Source: a candidate division WOR-3 bacterium (GTDB lineage: Bacteria; Hydrothermota; Tepidihabitantia; Tepidihabitantales; Tepidihabitantaceae). Taken from it: 64,000 nt of DNA. The position numbers were made by a program, and so were the translations under genes. How positions within the stretch are numbered: the stretch's first letter is position 1; the number at the start of each line of letters is the position of its first letter. The notes below the pieces were generated by a model. That model worked only from the letters and a program-made list of their open reading frames with translations. It did not search any database and was not told the origin of the DNA. Below are positions 9,978-18,273 of this stretch, in pieces. The stretch covers positions 19,285-83,284 of the forward strand of contig CBFGJV010000001.1 in the NCBI GenBank assembly GCA_965649205.1, written 5' to 3'.

Positions 9978-11027
9978 ATGAAAAGGTTCAGCAAAGCGAC
10001 AAGAATAATCAGAATTGCGTTTCTGTGTGTTTTGGTGCTGGGAACATTCGCCAGTTCTCAGGCGGCGTTTGCCAAGATAGGCATGGCCGGACTCACCTTC
10101 CTGAAGATAGGAGTGGGGCGCAGCACAGGAATGGGAGATGCCTTCGTCGCTGTGGCGGATGACGCCACAGCTGCGTATTGGAATCCGGCCGGGCTGGCCC
10201 TAGTTTCGGGCAGGCAAGCGCTGGTAAACCACATAGATTGGATAGCGGACGTCAGCCACGAATACGTGGCAGTCGTACTACCCGCAGGGCAGGGAAATCT
10301 GGGCATAAATGTCACCGCGCTATCAATGGGCAAGATGGAAGAGACCACCCTGGAGCGCTATCAGGGCACTGGTACTTTCTTCACGGGCACAGACCTGGCC
10401 CTGGGCGTGTCTTATGCCCGGATGGTAACGGAGAAACTGTGCTTTGGACTGACTGCCAAAGTTCTATCTGAAAGAATCTGGGACGTTGGTGCAACCGGCG
10501 CAGCATTCGACCTGGGAGTACACTACAATACCGGCTGGCGGAACTTGCGCCTGGCGATGGCTATTGCCAACTTCGGGCCAGACCTCTCCTTCCACGGCAG
10601 CCAGTTGAACTTCATGCACGACCCCGACTGGGAATGGCCTTGGACGCGGGAACCCATACCCGGCACCTATCTTACCGAGAACTTCTCTCTCCCCGTGATA
10701 TTCCGCTTCGGCGTGGCATATGACTTCATCAACGACGAAAACTCACGACTCACCGGCGCCGCGGACCTCAATCACTACAACGACGTAAACGAGAAAGTCA
10801 ACCTCGGGCTGGAATATGTTTACCGCATTCTCTCTCTCCGGGGTGGTTACATAGTGAACACCGATGCCAGCTATGCCTCAGACTTGGGCATTCGGGCCGG
10901 TCTTTCGGCAGGGATGGGTCTGAAACTAAAGCCGGCGGAGAATCTGGGGTTAACTCTGGACTACAGCTATCGTGACCTGGCGCGACTTGGGGGTTCGCAC
11001 AGATTCACGCTGCTGGTTGATTTCTAA
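9978..11027 (+). CDS. FadL/TodX/PorV-superfamily outer-membrane beta-barrel protein (PorV/PorQ-like)
   Basis: Signal peptide, then the N-terminal motif GMGDAFVAVADDATAAYWNPAGLA that is typical of the FadL/PorV superfamily. Ends in an aromatic residue (LLVDF). Lies 10 bp downstream of a CTD protein. Confidence 0.55.
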   Translation: MKRFSKATRIIRIAFLCVLVLGTFASSQAAFAKIGMAGLTFLKIGVGRSTGMGDAFVAVADDATAAYWNPAGLALVSGRQALVNHIDWIADVSHEYVAVVLPAGQGNLGINVTALSMGKMEETTLERYQGTGTFFTGTDLALGVSYARMVTEKLCFGLTAKVLSERIWDVGATGAAFDLGVHYNTGWRNLRLAMAIANFGPDLSFHGSQLNFMHDPDWEWPWTREPIPGTYLTENFSLPVIFRFGVAYDFINDENSRLTGAADLNHYNDVNEKVNLGLEYVYRILSLRGGYIVNTDASYASDLGIRAGLSAGMGLKLKPAENLGLTLDYSYRDLARLGGSHRFTLLVDF

Positions 11028-11098
11028 ACCAATCCGAACGCTTTATGACCAGCTCGGGATTCCCCGGGCCGGTCTCGTTTTATATGGCAACCGCACTT

Positions 11099-11273
11099 GT
11101 CGGTAGGTGAGATTCGGAATGTCAACTGCTACTGTCAAGCGTAAGAACAAAACTTCCCGACTACGTGGTGTCGGTAGGTGAGATTCGGAATGTCAACTGC
11201 TACTTGGCACGACTCGGCAAAGCATTGCAGGCAGTGGGTGTCGGTAGGTGAGATTCGGAATGTCAACTGCTAC
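11099..11273 (+). CRISPR. CRISPR mini-array: 3 direct repeats of 34 bp (GTCGGTAGGTGAGATTCGGAATGTCAACTGCTAC) separated by 2 spacers (37 and 36 bp)
   Basis: Identical repeats at 11099-11132, 11170-11203 and 11240-11273. Spacers are 11133-11169 and 11204-11239. The repeat starts 5'-GTCGG and ends ...CTAC like Cas12b repeats (e.g. Alicyclobacillus GTCGG...GGCAC). It is adjacent to cas2-cas1-cas4-cas12b. Confidence 0.85.
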
Positions 11274-11339
11274 AGCGCGTGACCGAGGTTGTTGTTCCAT
11301 GCGAACTTGGAATGCATTTTGCGAGAATCTGCAGGAGGT

Positions 11340-11490
11340 GCGCCGCAAACTTTCAGTTTTGCAGGTATGCCTACTGACTAACTTCAGTTAGTAGCAAATC
11401 TTATTCTTCTGCGAGCATCCCTTGACCCCCGTTGCACCACCTGCATGCTCGCACTCCAGATTGTCAGAGAGCAGTTGACTTTCCTATTAT
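11340..11490 (+). ncRNA. candidate tracrRNA between array and cas2: two hairpins plus 3'-proximal anti-repeat
   Basis: Hairpin 11371-11394 (ctactgact...agttagtag, 9 bp with one G-U pair). Hairpin 11410-11418/11445-11453 (tgcgagcat/atgctcgca). Anti-repeat AGCAGTTGACtTTCC at 11470-11484 is complementary in 14 of 15 nt to the repeat segment GGAATGTCAACTGCT. Strand and exact ends are not resolved. Confidence 0.5.
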
Positions 11491-11619
11491 CTACCACTCG
11501 GTGCCAAGGCCGTTGAAGGCGACGACACGTTCCGAGTATTCTGCACCCCTCTAGGATGCGGTTTAAGTATATGTGCCGAAAGGAAATCGTCAAGTGTATC
11601 CGGAGTCGAGCTTCGGAGG

Positions 11620-11910
11620 TTAGACTATGATAGTGCGTTCTTCACCTTCCGGTAAGGGCTGTCCGAGATTCGTGGCAGCCTGGCGCGCCGCAGCTTCGTC
11701 CGCGCCGAGGTCTATAATCAGTGCCTGGTCTTCTTTGAGGTTCATGGCTTCCTCCAGGGCAGACTGCATACGTACGCGGTCAATCTCTTTTAGAGTGCAG
11801 AAGAAGACCGAGTACTGCCAGTGTTCTCCGTAGCCTTTCATTATCTTGAAGACCCGGCGCCAGCGCGCCGGGCTGGAGATGTCGTAACAGACAAGATAGG
11901 AGCGACGCAT
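11620..11910 (-). CDS. cas2: CRISPR-associated endoribonuclease Cas2
   Basis: MRRSYLVCYDISSPARWRRVFKIMKGYGEHWQYSVF matches the Cas2 fold signature. The ATG start overlaps the cas1 TAA stop (TAATG). Confidence 0.85.
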   Translation of the reverse strand: MRRSYLVCYDISSPARWRRVFKIMKGYGEHWQYSVFFCTLKEIDRVRMQSALEEAMNLKEDQALIIDLGADEAAARQAATNLGQPLPEGEERTIIV

Positions 11911-12896
11911 TAGCGAGTAGTCAGGAAGGAGAGAGTGGAGATTTCTCCTGTGAGCCACGCGGCGATCATCTTAGCGTGGAGATAAAGCATTCGGCGATAG
12001 CTCAAACGGTAGTCGAATACCGGATGAGTGACAATTGTATCCATTCTGCGCGCAAAGGCTTTGAAGAATGCTTTGCGGCCAGCTTCGGTGAAATTGCAGC
12101 CAGCCACAGTGTCGAGGAAGTGACCGCCGGTAAGTTCTTCTTTGTTGAATGCGGTGATGGCGATTGAGTCGGCGATGATGGGCCGAAATGGTTCCATCAG
12201 GTCTAGCGCCAGGGCGGGACGGCCGGGACGAGACACATGGAAACCACCGATGGAAGGTTCCAGCCGGGCCATTCTGAGCGCAGCGGCGCATTCAAGACAT
12301 AGCATTGAGTACGCCATCGAAAGGCAGGAGTTTACCGGATCAGGTGGTGGTCGGCGGGAGCGGCCGTTGGCGTCAAAGCGTGACGCTTCCGGCCCCTTGA
12401 GCATTCCGGCGAAATGCTGAAAGTACAGCGCAGCAGCCTGACCTTCGTGACTGCGCAGATTGTCAAGGGATTCGGCGACCCGGGCTTTTTCTACTTCCTG
12501 CGCCATTTGGGCCAGGACGGATGCAGGCAGAGAAGGATGGTTGCGCATCAGGACTGTGCGCTGATTCTGAATTTTGGCGGTGATGAGTGCGCGGGCGAGT
12601 TCCAGGCACTTTTCCGGACGGTCAAGTTGGCGCACTTGTTCCCGGCGCATCTTGGCACTGACCGAGTCCATAGGGTCGATCATTGCCACAAGCCTGCCAG
12701 CTGCGGAAAGATACGCTACTGGTACACATTGGTCGGCTAATGCATGAAGAGCCTGGGTAGAGACCTGCACCGGTCCGACAACAACAAGTCCTTCGAGCCC
12801 GGCGAGTGGAATCTGGCGTTGAGTTACACCCTTGCGGTCTATTACTTCAAGTGCCATCCCGGTGATGCCAATTCTCGTTCCTTGGGACAGTGCCAC
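11910..12896 (-). CDS. cas1: CRISPR-associated integrase Cas1
   Basis: Conserved C-terminal Cas1 block GRSRRPPPDPVNSCLSMAYSML...LDLMEPFRP. GTG start overlapping the cas4 TAG stop. 328 aa. Confidence 0.9.
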   Translation of the reverse strand: MALSQGTRIGITGMALEVIDRKGVTQRQIPLAGLEGLVVVGPVQVSTQALHALADQCVPVAYLSAAGRLVAMIDPMDSVSAKMRREQVRQLDRPEKCLELARALITAKIQNQRTVLMRNHPSLPASVLAQMAQEVEKARVAESLDNLRSHEGQAAALYFQHFAGMLKGPEASRFDANGRSRRPPPDPVNSCLSMAYSMLCLECAAALRMARLEPSIGGFHVSRPGRPALALDLMEPFRPIIADSIAITAFNKEELTGGHFLDTVAGCNFTEAGRKAFFKAFARRMDTIVTHPVFDYRLSYRRMLYLHAKMIAAWLTGEISTLSFLTTR

Positions 12897-13639
12897 TAGC
12901 TGAATACCCTCGTCACGGGGCGGCCACAGCTTGCGGGGTGTGGTTTGTTCAGTTTCGGTTTGGCCGCGCTGGAAGTTGATTTCGTCCGGCAGGCAGATGG
13001 GGAGAAGTGAACACCGGGGCAGCGCGGGTCATTGACGAGAGGGAGAGGGCGGGGGCCTTCGGCGCACTTCTTAGCCGCCTCAAGTATAGTCAGCGCTTCG
13101 TTGCGCAACTGCTGGTCAACCGGAATAGTGAGCTTGCGCTTTTCCTCAGCATAGTACAGCACCGCTTCATTCACTGTGTATCCAGCTTCTTCCAACAGAA
13201 GTGCCTGCAGTCCTACTTGAATCCGATCCGCAGGCCAAGGCGCAACTACCGTCAATGGTGGTGAATCTGCTTCTTCAGTCTCCTCGGGTGGTGGGGCGAT
13301 GGAAAGGTGTTTTGGCGCGCCTTTGCGGTATTCTACTGGTGTGGCCGTGTTACCAAAGATTTCAGCCAAGTCAAGAACGGCGCTGATCCCGAGCCGGGTA
13401 CTGGAAAGAGCGAGGGAACGGATGGATTTCGGTCTGTCCGGGTCTTCGTCAGATTCGGTCTCTTCTTTCCTGTCAGACGGAGCGCAGCTCGGTCGGTCAA
13501 CCCAGCGGTGGACCGCACAACCTTGCTCGGTGTCGGGTGAGGGCAGAAAGATGCCCTCAACTGCCATATAGTAGAATAGACGCGGGCAGTAGGCGTACTC
13601 GGCGACGTTGCGGCAGCCCCAGAGTTCAGACTCGCTCAC
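12896..13639 (-). CDS. cas4: Cas4 RecB-like exonuclease with Fe-S cluster
   Basis: N-terminal YCPR motif (AEYAYCPRLFYY), plus three C-terminal Cys (KKCAEG, RCPG, SACR) that complete a 4-Cys cluster. The gene sits between cas12b and cas1. Confidence 0.8.
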   Translation of the reverse strand: MSESELWGCRNVAEYAYCPRLFYYMAVEGIFLPSPDTEQGCAVHRWVDRPSCAPSDRKEETESDEDPDRPKSIRSLALSSTRLGISAVLDLAEIFGNTATPVEYRKGAPKHLSIAPPPEETEEADSPPLTVVAPWPADRIQVGLQALLLEEAGYTVNEAVLYYAEEKRKLTIPVDQQLRNEALTILEAAKKCAEGPRPLPLVNDPRCPGVHFSPSACRTKSTSSAAKPKLNKPHPASCGRPVTRVFS

Positions 13640-13642
13640 AGA

Positions 13643-16600
13643 CTACAGACCGGCCCACTCACGCAGGCGTTCAATAACCCGGAATTTCACCTTATTCCAG
13701 TACTCGATGGAGCTCTGCCAACTGTCGGATTCAATTGCTGCGGCTGACACATCGCGCCAGGCGTTGACCACGTCTTTGTCAACGGTTTCACTGAGTAGTT
13801 GCCCATTCAGGTCGAATGCCTTCGTACCCTTACACCTGTCCTTTGCCGGCTTGCCGTTCCTGCCGCAGGGGATCCACCACCACCTACCTGGCCAGTCCGG
13901 GTCCAGGAGCGCGCGCAGGCCGATGTTGGCGGCAGCATTGAGGTCGGCCTGGATGCCTTTGGACGCGGGCGAGTTTCTGTCCGCCGAGACGAAAAGTTCA
14001 CCTGAGCGGTCAAGAATCCGTACCAACTTTGTGTTGTCGGTGCAGCCGTCCCACTTCGCCTTGAGTGCTTCGAGGTACTCGTTTTCTGCTCCCGCGGCGT
14101 TTTTGACCAGCCGTTCGTAGCGCCTCAGGAATTCCGGCACAGGCAGGTCTGTGCATCTTGCGCCCGGCGCGCCGGTGCGGGAATCCTGCCGGGAGGTGTA
14201 ATTGGGTATTACTTGGCGGAGGTGCAGGCCATTCAATTCGCAGGCTTCTTTCAGATACCTGAGAACTTTTACCGCTGACCACTGCATCAATTGACGGTTC
14301 TCGCGGCGGGTGCGGATCTGCTCAGGTCGATAGGAATCCAGATTTTCAACCACAACGGCATGGCAGGGTTTAAAGCGAGGTTCGACGATTGGTTTCTGAG
14401 GCCGCTTACCCCCTTCCCAATGTTTCTTGTCTTCGGAACCGATGCCCAGCGCGGCTTCCACAATTCTGGAAGCCAGTTGTTTCACCCGGTTCTCGCGCAG
14501 ATGTTCTAGTGTATTAAGGACTCGCTGGCCGTAGTTATCCAATCGTATGTCCCCTTTTTCGGGTGTGTTTCTGCGAATGTCTTCCGGCTCCGGTCTTGTC
14601 GTGTACGCTTTCATGGCTTGCCACAATTCGCGGATGTTTGCGAGTCGGTCCAATGACAGGCCACCTACGTGTCGGATAGAGGCATCGGATTTCGGTCTGC
14701 CGCGGGGCAGTAGCCAGTTACGAAGCCAGCGAAGATGACCTTTCCATTGTTTGTCATCTTCGCGCCAACGTGTGGCCCAGATAGTGTGTAGCTTCATCCG
14801 TAACTGGGGATTGCCGGCTAGTTTCGCCGCATAGTCAGTCAGTAGTTTGCGAAGATTCCTATTGTAAGTCTTGAGGTCGGCTTGCGTTGCGTCTTCGCCT
14901 GGCGCGGGTGGAAGTTCCGCCTGCACGTATGTGTGCCACATTTCCTTGGCCCAGTCGTCGCGCCAGCGGGGGCTTTGGAACAGACTCTGCCAGAGTATCA
15001 GGGTGTCTTCTAGGAACTCTCGGCGCCTGTCCGAGGTCAATTCTTCCCAGCGGTCGCCTGGTAGCGGCTTCCGGTCGGTTTTCAGGTTAAAAGCAATTCG
15101 AGCTCGATCGCCATGGCGGCGAAGTCCGAGCCGGGCGGTGTGGACCGCATCAGCCATCAGGCTGACTATGTTGTGAGGCAGAGGGTTGTCTTTCGTTCGG
15201 ATGCGACCGAGCCAGGCTTCGAACTGCTGCACTGCTGCATATTCATCAGGCGATGCCTTCCGGCCGGTTTCATTTTCGCCCTGCAGTTTGATAAGGAATT
15301 GCCGGTCGAGTCTTGCCCACATATCCGGGCCGGTACGACGGTAAATTGTCCTAAGTCTCTTACCGTTTTGACTGAGGAGCAGATGCAGGGCAAGGTCACC
15401 GGGTTTCGGCGGCTTTCGCCCGGCCTCTACGCAGAGGCGGGTCATCTGCTCTTCGGTAAGGGTCTCCCAGACCGCACAGGCTGCCGCGTAGCGGTGGCCG
15501 AGGTCCAGTGATAGCACACGAAAGCCCGGGAATACGGCATAGCATAAGAGTGGCATGCCCTTTCCGTCCTTTATTGTCTTCAGCGTGCGGCCAGGCTTGC
15601 GGGTCCTCGTCCAGGTTGAGTCTGCGGGCCAAGGTTGCCCAAGGGCCGGCTTCCTGTGTCTGCAGGCGGCCAGAGAAGGTGATGAACCAGTTCAGGCCGT
15701 TGCGCATTTTAACAGCTTTTGCATCCCAGCCATGCTTCTGCACGCGTCTGGCTAGCCGGTCGAGCTGGGCGCGGGGCGCCTGCAGGCGGCCGTTCCAGTC
15801 CTTCTCGACGAATACATTTAGGACAAGCACAGCTGTTTCGCTGCCGATGCCGGCTGCGGCGCGGCTGAGTCGGTCGGCGCGGCTAACCCGGACACCATCC
15901 GGAGCCTGTTCTAACATTAGATCAGCAACAAGCCGCTTGGACTGCCAGAGCATTGCGGTTCTGCCAAGCGATGAGCCTGTTACGGTACGTAGCGTAAGCC
16001 GCCGGTCGGACAGGGCGGCGCGGAATCGCGCGCGGGCTTTTTCAAGTTGTTTCTGTGCCCTGAGTAGCTGGGTGGGCATTTTTTCACCAGTGGTTTCGCC
16101 ACAATACGCGAGAGACTGTTTTAATCCGTCCACTTTCAAAACCGCTTTCAGGCAGGAGTTCGCAGCTTTGTGTACGGCAAAAGAAATTGCCCAGCGAGAC
16201 TTGCCGTAGTCGCAGAACACCGGATGAGATAATGGATGAGGATGACGATAGGCCGGGACTTTGAAGCGGCGCATCTTCGCCTGGGCGTCGCGTGCGTTAA
16301 CATAGTCAAGGAGCGGCTGCGGGTCGGGTCTGCCGTTGCGCAACCAGACGATGCTGGCGCCTTCTGCAGACAATGCCTCGAACAGAGTTATGTCGCCGAA
16401 CTTCTCGATTTCGTCCTGCAGTTCTCTGGCCGCAGCCTTGCGGTCTTCGGCGGTGCGGCAGTCTCTTGCAGACCAGGCTTTCACAATTTCTTCCCAACTT
16501 TCTACCGCCCGGGGCTGAATTTGGAGCGGGCCGACCGCACCAGTCAGGCGGCCACGTTCTTCCAAGAATTCGTCCAGCCATTGTTCCACATCGGTCGGAA

Positions 16601-17816
16601 CCTGCTTTTGGGCCTGTTCCGCTAACTTCTGGCGGTTGGCTTCGGCCCGTTTTTGCCAGGAGTGGGCGGAGGAAACCCTCCTGAGTGCGAGATCCAGCAT
16701 TACCGAGTACTCGTCTGTCAGGTTCCGGCCACAGACAAAGGGTAGGCCGGTGGCTTTCTCGACGCGGGCGCGCAATGTCTCGGCCCATTTGGGCACGTTT
16801 CTAGCACCCTTTTTTATTTTCTCCATTTTCTCGTCGGCCTCGGCTGCCAGTTTGGCCTGCATAGTTGAGATCGTATCCGATGTTAGTACCGGCATGGCGT
16901 AAACTTTCTCAATAGCCAGTTTTCCCTGCGAGGGGCGACCTTTCCATCCGATGGCTTTGTAGATGCTGCTGAGCAAGTCTCCCTTTTCCGTCGCCTGAAG
17001 AAGTGTCAGAAGGTGGCTAGCCAAGGCAGAGCCGGACTGACCCTCGTAGTGGCTCAGGTCCGCAGTAGCAAGCGTGCGCAGCTTTTCTGCTATTCGCTCC
17101 AGGTCGCTTTTTTCTCCAGTTCCCCAACAGTTCACGATCCAGCTGCGAGCCTTCTCTCGAAATTTTGTTTCGTGCGCGGCCGCCGCGGTTGATCCGGATT
17201 CTGGTAGCTTGAGGAATTCGTCTAAGTCCCCAAATAACTCTCTAATCGCCGACTGCGCTTGTTCCCTGGTAAGGGTCTTATCGTTCTGCGCTTCCACGTC
17301 GAATGCCTTGGCGCGGTTGACCCAGACCGCGTCTTCTCGAATGGCGGCACAGAGCGAATCTTTGCAGTCGGCAACCCAGGTCTCGATTTCCTCCTTGGTC
17401 AGACCACGTGAGGCGAGAACTTCCTAGAGCGCGGCAACGATTTTGCACTTGCGGTCGGGCGCGGCGTCTTTGCCGGTGGCCACGATGTACTCGGCCGGAG
17501 CACCGTCGGCGGATTCAACCGAGAGCCAGGAAAGTGCGAGCATTATACGACGGTGACGAGTTTCTTGGTCGTCGGGACGGCGTTCGGTTTTCTTCTGGCC
17601 TTTTCCTTCGGTTACCGATAGCTCTGTAAGACGGTGGTCCAGACCACCGCGGAGGGTGAGGAGCCAGTCAGCGAAGACCTTGGTTCCCTTGTTGATTGTC
17701 TCGTGCGTACGCCATAGTGCCTCGCGCCAAGCCTCATCTTCGCTTCCTTCTCTGCCCGGTATGCCGCGCAGGCGCAGCGTGTAGGCCCGTTGGGTAATTG
17801 TCGCAGACGTCGTCAC
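13643..17816 (-). pseudogene. cas12b: cas12b (C2c1) type V-B effector, ~1390 codons, interrupted by an in-frame TAG (17424-17426) and a 1-nt frameshift near 15556-15563
   Basis: Three co-linear ORFs: 17816-17424, 17297-15396 and 15556-13643. The N-terminus LWRTHETINKGTKVFADWLLTLR resembles Cas12b LWKLHKEVNAGVRYYTEWLSLLR. RuvC-I is FRVLSLDLGHRYAAA, RuvC-II is AVVVENLDSYRP...RENRQLMQWS, and the Nuc/RuvC-III region is RCTDLP...WDGC...ADLNAAANIGLRAL; all three match Cas12b. The first and second ORFs share a frame, separated only by TAG. The second and third differ by +1, with the frames diverging at the homopolymer ccc/ttt (15558-15563). Confidence 0.85.
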
Positions 17817-17849
17817 CTCCTGTCGTTGCGCGGTATGCAGAAAGCTTAG

Positions 17850-18230
17850 GTGGGAAAATTGGATTTGTCAAGAGAGCGGCGGGAGGGTAGCAAGGTAGGC
17901 GGTTCGGGGAGCAGGAAGGGGATTACTCCACCAGGCGGCGGGCGGGGCGCATCAGAGGGCAGGAAGGATAGTAGGTCGCTGCATGGGAGAGTGGGCGGGT
18001 CGGTGAGGGACTCGGCGGGCGGGTGGGCTATTGGACGGGGGAGTTGCCGGGTCTGCGGCCGGGAGGACTACGGGGGATACGGACCGGTGGGCAGGTGGTG
18101 GAGTGGCTCAGGGAGCGGCGGAGCGGGCAGGAGACCGGGTTATCCGGAGAGCCACGGAGGGAGCCGCTGGGGGAGCTGGGGAGGGGGGTAACGGAGGATT
18201 TCAGGTATCAGATTGTGGTGCAAGGAGTTA
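17850..18230. repeat. G/A-rich, C-poor low-complexity tract (GGGNGGG, GGCGGGCGGG runs) in the divergent cas12b / HTH intergenic region
   Basis: The plus strand is dominated by G runs, i.e. the cas12b-sense strand is C-rich. The ORF-track protein here is Gly-rich nonsense. On the cas12b-sense strand the tract shares CCGCCCGCC/CCCACCC motifs with the 45.6-kb C-rich tract. Confidence 0.6.
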
Positions 18231-18255
18231 GGTCGCTAAGAAGCCTTGCGGACCG

Positions 18256-18273
18256 TAATACTAATGAGTATTA
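18256..18273. promoter_or_regulatory. near-palindromic operator TAATACTAATGAGTATTA 10 bp upstream of the XRE regulator start
   Basis: 9+9 inverted repeat with one mismatch. A perfect version, TAATACTCATGAGTATTA, recurs at 62189-62206. Confidence 0.6.

Noticed and set aside
11297-11330. Possible degenerate fourth CRISPR repeat downstream of repeat 3 (gaacttggaatgcattttgc shares TGGAATG with the repeat)
   Set aside because: Only about 8 of 21 flanking positions match once aligned on GGAATG. This is chance similarity, so the array is taken as 3 repeats.
11384-11593. 69-aa minus-strand ORF between cas2 and the array
   Set aside because: It lies in the tracrRNA/leader-like intergenic region and overlaps predicted RNA hairpins and the anti-repeat. 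Its composition is basic and non-conserved-looking, so it is more likely non-coding.
17424-17426. In-frame TAG in cas12b as a recoded (pyrrolysine or readthrough) codon, given the nearby MttB-family methyltransferase
   Set aside because: TAG terminates other well-supported genes here, e.g. the 6915-9968 gene. The MttB-family gene has no in-frame amber, and no pylTSBCD genes are visible. The second, frameshift lesion also argues for decay or assembly error rather than recoding.
17850-18231. ORF-track proteins 17850-18191 and 18031-18231 (Gly/Arg/Trp-rich)
   Set aside because: They are compositional artefacts of the G-rich tract, with no start context and no coding-like periodicity. The real HTH gene starts at ATG 18284.
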